Source of the DNA: Bryobacterales bacterium
GTDB lineage: Bacteria; Acidobacteriota; Terriglobia; Bryobacterales; Bryobacteraceae
Length of the DNA: 64,000 nt
Reading direction: 5' to 3'
Assembly (NCBI GenBank): GCA_963723015.1
Contig: CAVRPF010000027.1
Location: 184,073 to 248,072, forward strand
Shown here: one piece after another, positions 10,500-19,590 of the stretch
How positions within the stretch are numbered: the first letter of the stretch is position 1
How the letters are laid out: every line of letters begins with the position of its first letter
Notes under the pieces: model-generated
The model's input: the letters and a program-made list of their open reading frames with translations, nothing else
Database searches by the model: none
Told to the model about the DNA's origin: nothing
Program-made: the position numbers and the translations under genes

Positions 10500-10710
10500 C
10501 TTGATGGCTTTATACAATCTCTCCAGTGGGTCTAGGTAGCGGTAGTTGTTTGGACGCTCCTGGTCGGGAAGTTTGGACGCGGAACCGACCAGGGGCGTAC
10601 CGGTTAACCTTTATAGCCAGACAGCCCGACGCCGGATCCAAGCCCACACCCAGGGCGAGCCGCATCGGATCGAGTCCCGCAAGTCTTGGGACAGTCCGAT
10701 GCGGTTTTTT
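10500..10710 (+). ncRNA. Second candidate non-coding transcript, ending at a strong terminator
   Basis: No credible ORF. There is an internal 9-bp helix CCTGGTCGG...CCGACCAGG and a duplicated GTTTGGACGC. It ends in the hairpin plus T6 at 10661-10710. It converges on the 3' end of the minus-strand ADH gene. Confidence 0.35.
10661..10710 (+). terminator. Rho-independent terminator, plus-strand orientation
   Basis: CGCATCGGA (10661-10669) pairs perfectly with TCCGATGCG (10695-10703). An inner GTCCC/GGGAC helix is present, followed by TTTTTT at 10705-10710. Confidence 0.7.
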
Positions 10711-10762
10711 CGTTGGGGCGGGGGAGGGGCCGCGCATGGCTCGCCTCCAGATCAGCGACCGC

Positions 10763-11761
10763 TCACGGCCGCAAGATCACCTTCATGAGGTTCGGCTCTC
10801 TCCGGTACAACTTTCCAAACCACTCGGCCCCCTCCGCCAGCGGCGCCACCGCGCTGATCAGCGGGTCCACCTTGATCATGCCCTGCGCCATCAGGCGGAT
10901 CACAGCGGGATACTCTCCATTTGACGCGCACGAACCCTGCAGCCGGATTTGGCGGGTCACCACCTCCTGCAATGGCAGCTCGACAATCGGCGCCACATTG
11001 CCTACCAGCGTGACAGCGCCGCCTTTGCGCACGGACGAAATCGCCGCGCGCACGGCATCCTTGTTACCAACGCATTCAATCGCCACATCGGCGTTCAAGT
11101 GCTCCGGCGCGGCCGGCAGACATTCGGTAGCGCCGAGCTGCCGCGCCATTGCCAGGCGCTCCTGGTTCGGATCGACGGCGATCACGCGCACGCATCCGGC
11201 GGCGCGCAGGGCCTGAATCGTCAATACGCCGATCATGCCGCTGCCGATCACCACCGCTGTGTCCGCCAATCGCACAGGCGTGAGATTCACCGCATGCAGC
11301 GCCACCGAGGCCGCTTCGATCATCGCCGCCTGCTCGTAACTGAGGGCATCGGGCAAGCGATAAATAATGCGGCGCGGCACGGCGACGTATTCGGCGAAGG
11401 CGCCGTGGCGGCGATAGGGTCCGGGCGACACGCCCATGACCTGGCGGTTGTCGCAAAGGTTTACCTCGCCCCGCGCGCAATAAAAACAGTGACCGCAATA
11501 GATGGTGGAATCGAAAGTGACTCGATCGCCCGCATGCAGGTCGCGGACATTCGCGCCGGCGGCGGCCACTTCACCGGCCGCTTCGTGGCCCATGACTAAC
11601 GGCGGGATGCGGCGGCCCGTCGACCCATCGAGTCCGTGTACGTCGCTGCCGCAAATGCCGCAGGCGCGTACGCGGATCAGGACGTCGTCCGGGCCGATCT
11701 CCGGCTCCGGCATCGGCGCGATTTCGAGCTTCATGTACTCCTTCATCAGCAGTGCATTCAT
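10763..11761 (-). CDS. Zinc-dependent alcohol/polyol dehydrogenase (MDR family)
   Basis: GICGSDVH, GHEAAGEV and structural-Zn Cys cluster CGHCFYCARGEVNLC are present, plus the Rossmann motif VIGSGMIG. Intact. Start chosen at MNALLMKEY. Confidence 0.85.
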   Translation of the reverse strand: MNALLMKEYMKLEIAPMPEPEIGPDDVLIRVRACGICGSDVHGLDGSTGRRIPPLVMGHEAAGEVAAAGANVRDLHAGDRVTFDSTIYCGHCFYCARGEVNLCDNRQVMGVSPGPYRRHGAFAEYVAVPRRIIYRLPDALSYEQAAMIEAASVALHAVNLTPVRLADTAVVIGSGMIGVLTIQALRAAGCVRVIAVDPNQERLAMARQLGATECLPAAPEHLNADVAIECVGNKDAVRAAISSVRKGGAVTLVGNVAPIVELPLQEVVTRQIRLQGSCASNGEYPAVIRLMAQGMIKVDPLISAVAPLAEGAEWFGKLYRREPNLMKVILRP

Positions 11762-11887
11762 ACCCAGATGGTAACAGCGGGAACCTCGGGCCATAGAACG
11801 GCGCCGACGATGACAGAGCGCTCGACTGGGGAGACTTCGGGTGGGACGCTGCTGAGTGAACCCTGTTGCCGCTAAGCTCGATCTAAC

Positions 11888-13131
11888 CTAATACAAAATC
11901 CGCGTCCGAATCGTTCCCGGCACCAGGTCCAATAGCCGCCTGGCTTCCATGGTCGCCGCGCGGTCGTCGGCTTCCACGTCGATCACCACATATCCGATGC
12001 GCGCATTGGTCTGCAAATATTCGCCCGCGATGTTGATCCGCCGCTCCGAAAAGATCGCGTTGATCTGCGACAGCACGCCCGGTTGATTGCGATGAATGTG
12101 CAAGAGCCGGTGCTTGCCGGGATGTTCGGGCAGCGAGACTTCGGGAAAATTGACCGCGCTCAAAGTCGAGCCGTTGTTGCTGTACTTGATCAGCTTGCCC
12201 GCAACTTCAATGCCGATATTTTGTTGCGCCTCTTCGGTGCTGCCGCCGACGTGCGGGGTCAGAATCACGTTATCGAACGCGCGCAGCGGCGAAACAAATT
12301 CATCGGACGCGGTCTTAGGCTCGGCTGGAAAAACGTCGATGGCAGCGCCGGCCAAGTTGCCCGGAGACGTAACGCCTCCACCAGCGCTTCGATATCCACC
12401 ACCGTGCCGCGCGACGCGTTGATCAGGTGCGCGCCCGGCTTCATGCGGGCCAACTGCGCGGCGCCGATCATGCGCTGCGTCTGCGGCGTCTCCGGCACGT
12501 GCAGCGTCACTACGTCGGCGGCTTCGAGCAACGCGTCGAGCGATGGCATCGAGCGCGCATTGCCCATGGCCAGCTTGGTCTCGATGTCGTAGAACATCAC
12601 CTGCATTCCCAGCATCTCGGCCAGCACGCTGATCTGCGAGCCGATGTGGCCATAGCCCACAATGCCCAGCCTCTTGCCGCGAGCCTCGCGCGAACCGGCC
12701 GCAGTCTTTAGCCAGCCGCCTCGCCTGCGCCGCGGCGCTGCGATGCGGAATGCCGCGCAGCAACATGATGGTTTCCGCCAATACCAGCTCGGCCACGCTG
12801 CGCGTATTGGAAAACGGCGCATTGAAAACCGGGATGCCTTTATCCTGCGCGGCCTCAAGATCCACCTGGTTGACGCCGATGCAGAAACAGCCCACGCCCG
12901 CCAGGCGCGTGGCGCGCTCGAAGAATTCCGCATTCAGGTGCGTGGCCGAGCGGATGCCTACGAAGTGCGCATCCTGCGCGGCGGCCAAAAGATCCGCCGG
13001 CGCCAGCGACTTGGCGATGATATTCGATGTTGCTGTAGCCATCCTCGCGGAACGCTTCGACGGCGCTCTGATGAATGCCTTCGAGCAACAGGATCTTGAT
13101 TTTGCCCTTATCGAAAGAAGTACGCGGTCAC
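11888..13131 (-). CDS. serA: D-3-phosphoglycerate dehydrogenase, E. coli-type with C-terminal ACT domain; ~4 frameshifts (~13115, ~13015, ~12722, ~12367)
   Basis: Reconstructed as KIKILLLEGIHQSAVEAFREDGYSNIEYH..., GKRLGIVGYGHIGSQ, INASRGTVVDIEAL, LTPHVGGSTEEAQ, with the ACT-like tail HRLLHIHRNQPGVLSQINAIF. The GTG start overlaps the upstream gene's stop (GTGA at 13128-13131). Confidence 0.8.
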
Positions 13132-14158
13132 GGTTTCACTACCATTTTTCCAACTCCGTCGGCGTAATCGTTGGCGATCGCGAATGCCTCGCTCGATTCG
13201 CTCCATGGGCCGCGTATGCGTCACCAAGGGCGCGAACAGACGGGCGTGCTCGATCAGCAGGACCAAAGCCGCCGGCGTTTCGTCGTTGGAGCGGCGCACA
13301 TTGAATATCGTTAGTTCCTTGCGCCGCATCGGCGACATCTCGAACGGCACGTGCGTATCGGAGTGGATGCCCGTGATCGCCACGCGGCCAGCGTTGCGAG
13401 ATGCGCGGATGGCATCATTGGTGGTGTGGTGTTTGGCGGCGCAATCGATGGCGCAATCGACGCCGCGTCCGCCGGTATCGGTTCGGATCTGGTCGCGCCG
13501 CGCTGCTCAGCGTCGAGCGCCGCATCGGCGCCCATCTGCTTGGCCAAGTCCCGCCGGTGCGCCACCGGGTCCACGGCCCAGATGCGCTTGGCGCCGGCGA
13601 TCTTCAAGCAGGCGATGGTAAGCAGACCGATAGGTCCCGCGCCAAATACCGCCGCGGTCTCGCCCGCTTCCATCGCCGCGAATTTAATGGAGTGAAGCGC
13701 TACGGCCAGCGGTTCCGCGAGCGTCGCGAGTTCCATCGACATTTCTTTGGGAATCGGCCAGCAGATTGGCGACTGGGCAGGTTGACGAATTCCCGGAAGA
13801 ACCCGGGATGACCGGGCGTGCTCAAAAAACGAATATTGGCGCACACGTTGTAATGGCCGGTGCGGCAAAACTCGCAGTGATAGCAGTAGAGGGCCGGCTC
13901 TAACGCGGCGCGGTCTCCAGGCGACCATCCAGTAACGCCGGCGCCACACTTCACCACCGTGCCCGAAGGCTCATGCCCCAATACCATTGGGAAAACGCAT
14001 GGCGTATCGCCAATCGCTCCTTCGGAATAGTAATGCAGGTCCGAACCGCACACGCCCACGGCCTCCACACGCACCTGCACGTGGCCCGGCGCGGGATCGG
14101 CGGAGGGTATTTCGGCCAATCGGAATTGACGCGGGGAGACCAGTTCGGCGGCTTTCAT
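13128..14158 (-). CDS. Zinc-dependent alcohol/sorbitol dehydrogenase-like (MDR family); 3 frameshifts (~13775, ~13500, ~13190)
   Basis: GVCGSDLHYY, GHEPSGTVV, CYHCEFCRTGHYNVC and FGAGPIGLL are present. The C-terminal part continues in other frames (GVDCAIDCAAKHHTTNDAIRASRNAGRVAITGIH). Confidence 0.75.
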
Positions 14159-14192
14159 GGATTTTGCGGGCTATGCCACAATATACCCATAG

Positions 14193-14573
14193 ATGCTGAA
14201 TTTTCGCCAGTTCGAGGCCGGCCCGGACCCCTTCGGCCGCAAATTCCAGGTGATGCTTAAGTGGTTGCAAACCGCCATTTCCATTCGTCATGCGGACACC
14301 GTCGATGTGAAGTTCATTATCGTGGATGAAAACCAATCCCGCTCCGAAAAGACCATCGCCTTGCCGAACGCGGATCTGCTCACCCTAAGCACCGAGACCT
14401 CGCGCACGCTGGACGACTCCTGGTGCGCCAGGCTCGCGGCGCTGCATCTAAAATATCTGATTGAAACCGGCGAAGACATGGAAAAAGATCTGGTCACGGT
14501 AACGCTGCCCGAGCTCCGCCGCTACGCGGAAAGCGAAAAACGCGCCGAGTTTGAAGCCGTGCATTCCAAATAG
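14193..14573 (+). CDS. Hypothetical protein (126 aa)
   Basis: Intact ORF directly upstream of, and on the same strand as, the pseudo-receiver gene. No motif recognised. Confidence 0.4.
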   Translation: MLNFRQFEAGPDPFGRKFQVMLKWLQTAISIRHADTVDVKFIIVDENQSRSEKTIALPNADLLTLSTETSRTLDDSWCARLAALHLKYLIETGEDMEKDLVTVTLPELRRYAESEKRAEFEAVHSK

Positions 14574-14641
14574 ATTTACAAGTGTTTGCGTGCAGGGCAC
14601 GGCAGCATCGCGGAGTGTGCCACATTATAGGTGGAGAATTC

Positions 14642-15484
14642 GTGAGTTCGCGATCCCTGCTGTTGATCGATGCCGATCCCGCCGTCCACCAAACGCTTAC
14701 CGAATTGCTGCGGCGCAACGACCGGAATATTCAAGACGTTTACGACGGCTCGGAAGCATTGGCCTTGCTGCGGCGCTCGCCCTTCGACGTGGTATTAGCC
14801 GGTCAGGGACGCAATGGACTCGATAATCTGCAACTGTTACGCCGCGTGCGGGCGATGTTGCCGAAGACGCGGGTAATACTCGCGGGCGATGCGAACCCCG
14901 GCAGCGTGGTGCGCGCCATACGCGACCGCGCGTACAGCTATTTCCATAAGCCGTTCGGCAGCCAACCGATTGCCGACATGGTGCAACAGGCGCTCGACGC
15001 AGATTCATGGCTGAACGATATTCGCGTGATCTCCGCGCGGCCGGAGTGGATCACCATCGACATATTATGTAAAATGCCGGCGGCGGAGCGCGCCACTCAA
15101 TTCCTGCGCGAGCTCCATGCGGATTTACCGCAGGGAGCGTGCGAGGATATCGCCGCGGCGTTCCGCGAGCTGCTGTTGAACGGCATGGAGCACGGCGCCA
15201 AGTCCGATCCGCGCAAGCGCGTGCGCGCATCGATTCTGCGGACGTCGCGATCGGTGATTGTTCACGTCCACGACCCCGGAAAGGGATTTTCGCTCGATCT
15301 GCTGCCGCACGCGGCCATTTCCAATCCCGCCGATTCGCCGGTGCGCCATGTGGAGTTCCGCGAGGAGCAGGGGCGGCGGCCGGGTGGTTTCGGCATTCTG
15401 ATGGCGCGCAACATGGTGGACGATCTGCTCTATAACGAGCGTGGCAACGCGGCGCTATTCGTGAAGTATTTGAAGCGGCGGTAA
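14642..15484 (+). CDS. Receiver-like domain fused to an RsbW/SpoIIAB-type HATPase (anti-sigma-kinase-like) domain
   Basis: The REC fold is alignable (SLLLIDAD..., YFHKPF). The C-terminal half has the N-box-like [10 protein letters not shown] and the G-box-like [20 protein letters not shown] start at 14642. Confidence 0.7.
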   Translation: MSSRSLLLIDADPAVHQTLTELLRRNDRNIQDVYDGSEALALLRRSPFDVVLAGQGRNGLDNLQLLRRVRAMLPKTRVILAGDANPGSVVRAIRDRAYSYFHKPFGSQPIADMVQQALDADSWLNDIRVISARPEWITIDILCKMPAAERATQFLRELHADLPQGACEDIAAAFRELLLNGMEHGAKSDPRKRVRASILRTSRSVIVHVHDPGKGFSLDLLPHAAISNPADSPVRHVEFREEQGRRPGGFGILMARNMVDDLLYNERGNAALFVKYLKRR

Positions 15485-16015
15485 AGCCGATAGACGACCG
15501 CTATGGGCAGCCCCACTACATTGAAGTAACAGCCCTCGATCCTCTCGACGAATTTCGACGCCAGACCTTGAATCGCGTACGCGCCGGCTTTGTCCATGGG
15601 CTCGCCGCTGGCGGCGTATTCGTCGATTTCGGCGGCGCTCATCGGCGCAAACCAGACGGTAGTAATGGCGCAATCGCGCACAGTTTCCGCGCCGCTCTTC
15701 AGACAGATGCCGGTCATCACCCGATGGCTGCGGCCCTGCGAGCAGCGCCAACATACGACGCGCATCGGCCGCATCGGCCGGCTTGCCCAGAATTTCGCCG
15801 TCCACGACCACCGTCGTATCCGCGCCCAGTACGACCTCGTCCGGGGCGGATGCGATGGCGAGCGCTTTCGTTTCCGCCAGACGCTGCACGTAATCTTCGG
15901 GCCGCTCGCCGGGAAGAGGCGTTTCATCCACGTGCGCGGCCCTGACGGTGAAAGGGATTCCAGCCTGCCGCAGAATTTCGCTGCGCCGGGGCGAAGCGGA
16001 GGCAAGCACTAACAT
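15430..16015 (-). CDS. maf: Maf-family nucleoside triphosphate pyrophosphatase; 1 frameshift (~15745)
   Basis: [28 protein letters not shown], then in a second frame [12 protein letters not shown]...[10 protein letters not shown]...VVGLP. Confidence 0.8.
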
Positions 16016-16040
16016 GCATTCAGTGTAGAATGAGTGCCGG

Positions 16041-16849
16041 ATGAAACATCTGGCGCACGAGTTGGCCGTCCCAGCGGGCGCGCGATTCAAGCTTTCGGCA
16101 GTGGATGCCGCCGATACCCATGGGGTGGATAAAGAGGCGCCGAAGCGCGGCTGGAGAAGAATCGAAAGCGTCTTTCCGTGCTGCAGTTCCAACTCTACGC
16201 GGAATCGCATCGAGCGCTGCTGGTGGTGCTGCAGGGGATTGACGCGGGCGGCAAGGATGGAACCATCAGTCATGTCATGACGGGTATGAATCCGCAAGGC
16301 GTCGAGGTGACGGCGTTCAAAGTTCCCGAAGGCGCGGAGAAACGCCACGATTATCTGTGGCGCGTTCACAATGCCGTTCCGGAATACGGGAAGATCGGCA
16401 TCTTCAACCGCTCACATTATGAGGACGTGCTGGTAGTGCGCGTACATAATCTTGCGCCGCAGCCGGTCTGGTCGAAGCGTTACCAGCAGATCAACGACTT
16501 TGAGCGGATGCTCAGCGAGAATCGCGTTCACGTGGTGAAATTTCTGCTGTATATCAGCAAAGATGAGCAGGCTGAGCGCTTCCGCGCGCGACTGGACGAT
16601 AAGACGAAAGTCTGGAAATTTTCCGAAGCGGATCTCAAGGAGCGCGCGTATTGGGACCAATACATCGAGGCTTACAATGACGCGCTGCGAAAGTGCAGCA
16701 CGCCATACGCGCCGTGGTACGTGATTCCGGCGAATAAGAAGTGGTTCCGGAACCTGGCTGTCTCCGAGATTCTGATCCATACGCTGGAAGGGATGAAAAT
16801 GAAATTCCCCAAGGCGCCTGCGGATTTGTCCCATATCAAGTTTGAATGA
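16041..16849 (+). CDS. ppk2: Polyphosphate kinase 2 (PPK2) family protein; 1 frameshift (~16135)
   Basis: [15 protein letters not shown] (Walker A), [15 protein letters not shown], and [16 protein letters not shown]. Confidence 0.8.
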
Positions 16850-16896
16850 GGGGGCTTGCTTTGTGCGGCATTGCCGATACCAACCCGGCTTTTTAC

Positions 16897-16951
16897 GCTA
16901 CACTACCTGTAGGCTACTCTGTAGTGCTACTGTGTAGTGCTACTCTGTAGC
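16897..16951. repeat. Tandem 13-nt palindromic units (GCTACTNTGTAGY), three exact-length units plus a degenerate leading copy
   Basis: GCTACTCTGTAGT is at 16913-16925, GCTACTGTGTAGT at 16926-16938, and GCTACTCTGTAGC at 16939-16951. GCTACACTACCTGTAG precedes them at 16897-16912. Each unit contains CTAC-N3-GTAG. Confidence 0.8.
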
Positions 16952-17037
16952 CGTACCGCCGGCGGGCCAACGGCCTTCCAAGAATGCGGCGGACCTCGCG
17001 GTCCGATGCGTTACTGCCGGCATTAAGGAATTAGTAA

Positions 17038-18355
17038 ATGGAACAAAAACTAAAGATCGCCGTGTTTATCGATTTCGATAACATCGAGATCGGCGTGAAG
17101 TCCACTTTGCACCGCGAATTCGACGTGGCTGCGGTTTTGGACGCGCTGAAGGAACGCGGCGAAATTGTCACCAAGTTCGCCTATGCGAATTGGGGCAGAC
17201 AGGAATCGGCCACGCGCGCGCTTTCCGAGCACGCGGTGCAAATGGTGCAGCGCGATCCATCGCCGCGCGGGGATAAAAACGGCGCCGACATCAATCTGGC
17301 GCTGGACGCGCTTGAAATGGCATTCACCCACGATCACATCAACGCCTTCGCCATCGTTAGCGGGGACAGCGATTTCATCGCCCTGGTGAATAAACTGAAG
17401 CAGTACGACAAGCGGATTTTTGTAGTGGGCGGACGCGCATTCACCAGCACGATTCTGCAAAAGAATTGTCACGAATTCGTGGCGTATGAATCGGTGATCG
17501 ATGAGCCGCGCGACGCGGCCGGCCCACCATGCGCCGCAGGAGCGGCCACCGCAGCCTTTGGGCGAGAAGCCGCCACAACAACAACAACCGCAACAACAAC
17601 AACAGCGGCAACCGCACAAGCGGCAGTCGCTGGATCTGACGCAGGCCATGCCCCTGGTGGAGCGCGCGCTGGGCGTACTGGAGCGGCGTGAAGTGCGTCC
17701 GCAGCTAGGATTGCTGAAATCCACCATGCTACAGCTCGATTCCACGTTCAACGAGCGCGCCTACGGGGCCAGCACCTTTACCGATTTCGTGGAGAAGCTG
17801 CAAAAGGCCGATTATGTAGAGGTGACCGGCGGCGAAGGCCGGTACATGATTCGCATGAAAGGCTCGGCGCCGGAGAAGCCGGGATCCAAGCCGGAGGAGG
17901 CCATTCCGATTTTGCGCGATGTGCTGGAAACGCATCGCATGGAAGTGGACAACGGCGCGCTGGCCGAGGATCTGGCGGAATGGGTTCGGCAGGATCGGCC
18001 CAATTTCAATTGGACCGAATACGGCTTCCAGGAGTTCGGCGAGCTGCTCAATTACGCGCAGGATAAGAGCCTGGTTCGCATCCAGGCCGACGAGGAGAAG
18101 GGCCTCATCGTATTCCTGGGCGCCGAGTTTCATCCTCCGGCGGCGCCGCCCGAGCCGGAAGAACCGGCGATTGTCGAAGAAGAAGAGGACGAGCCGCAAC
18201 CCATCGTACCTGGCCAGCCCACGGCCACCGGGGAAATTCCCGAGCCGCTGCCGCCGCCTAAGGCGCAGCGCCGTCCGCGGGTTCCGCGTAAGCAGCAGGG
18301 CGATGGGTCGAAGAAGCGAAGCCCGCGGCCGCGCAAAAAGCCGCCAAATGGGTAA
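17038..18355 (+). CDS. NYN (LabA-like) domain protein with OST-HTH/LOTUS-like C-terminal region; frame change somewhere in 17500-17640
   Basis: KIAVFIDFDN, NGADINLALD and IVSGDSDFIALVNKL are NYN/PIN-like acidic motifs. A Q/P-rich linker follows, then LLKSTMLQLDSTFNERAYGASTFTDFVEKL and EYGFQEFGELLNYAQ, which are LOTUS-like repeats. Confidence 0.65.
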
Positions 18356-18622
18356 GGTTGCACACCACCACTTCATTCGTGTATGATTGAAAAGTTCCGC
18401 GAGTTTAGCTTTCTGCTCCCGTGCTACCACTGGTCCGAAGTCGGGGCGAGTCCGGCCGGGGGTGAGGTCCCGAGGTTCCTGCGGTTACGCCGTTAGGGAC
18501 ATGGACCTGTCCAAAGCAGATTAATCCTCGCTTTTGCGATTCCAGGGGTTGTTGGTAGGCGTTTTCCCTGGGTTGCCCAACTTTTGGTTTCGGACAGACT
18601 GTTTAGATCGAAGAGGAAGAGC

Positions 18623-18997
18623 GTGCCGACGTTTAATCAACTTGTGCGTAATGGGCGCAAACCGCCAGCCTGGAAGACTTCCAGTCCGGCGCTGAATAGC
18701 TGCCCGCAGAAGCGCGGGGTTTGTACGCGCGTGTATACGTCCACTCCCAAGAAGCCGAATTCGGCGCTGCGGAAAGTGGCGCGCGTGCGGCTTACCAACG
18801 GCATCGAGGTAACCACTTATATACCTGGCGTCGGCCACAACCTGCAGGAACACTCGATCGTGCTGATCCGTGGGGGCCGCGTGAAGGATCTCCCCGGGGT
18901 CCGCTATCACGTGATCCGCGGCGCGCTCGATACCGCCGGGGTCGCCAACCGTAAGCAGGGAAGGTCGAAGTACGGGGCCAAGCGGCCCAAATCGTAG
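18623..18997 (+). CDS. rpsL: 30S ribosomal protein S12
   Basis: [13 protein letters not shown]...[19 protein letters not shown] start with AAGAGGAAG upstream. Confidence 0.95.
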   Translation: MPTFNQLVRNGRKPPAWKTSSPALNSCPQKRGVCTRVYTSTPKKPNSALRKVARVRLTNGIEVTTYIPGVGHNLQEHSIVLIRGGRVKDLPGVRYHVIRGALDTAGVANRKQGRSKYGAKRPKS

Positions 18998-19004
18998 GTA
19001 CAGT

Positions 19005-19476
<472 letters not shown>

Positions 19477-19490
19477 GAACAAGAAGATTT

Positions 19491-19571
19491 GGGCCACGAA
19501 TGAACACGAATAAACACGAATGGAACACGGAAGCTTTTTCTTATTCGTGTGAATTCGTGTTTATTCGTGGC
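19491..19571. repeat. Family A palindromic intergenic element, copy 1 (rpsG|fusA)
   Basis: GGGCCACGAATGAACACGAATAAACACGAAT - loop - ATTCGTGTGAATTCGTGTTTATTCGTGGC. Each arm is 3 phased CACGAAT decamers. Confidence 0.9.
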
Positions 19572-19590
19572 TAAAAGGTTTTAGTTTTTT

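Noticed and set aside
10300-10712. Whether the structured gene-free region is tmRNA, RNase P RNA, SRP RNA or 6S RNA.
   Set aside because: By eye I could not find the tmRNA acceptor or tag region, the RNase P GGAAAGUCCGG-type core, or the SRP GGAAGCAGCC motif. A 6S identity cannot be excluded without a covariance-model scan, so it is left as an unknown candidate RNA.
17560-17625. CAA/CAG-rich microsatellite-like stretch.
   Set aside because: It lies within coding sequence and encodes the Q/P-rich linker of the NYN-LOTUS protein. It is imperfect, so it is not treated as an independent repeat feature.
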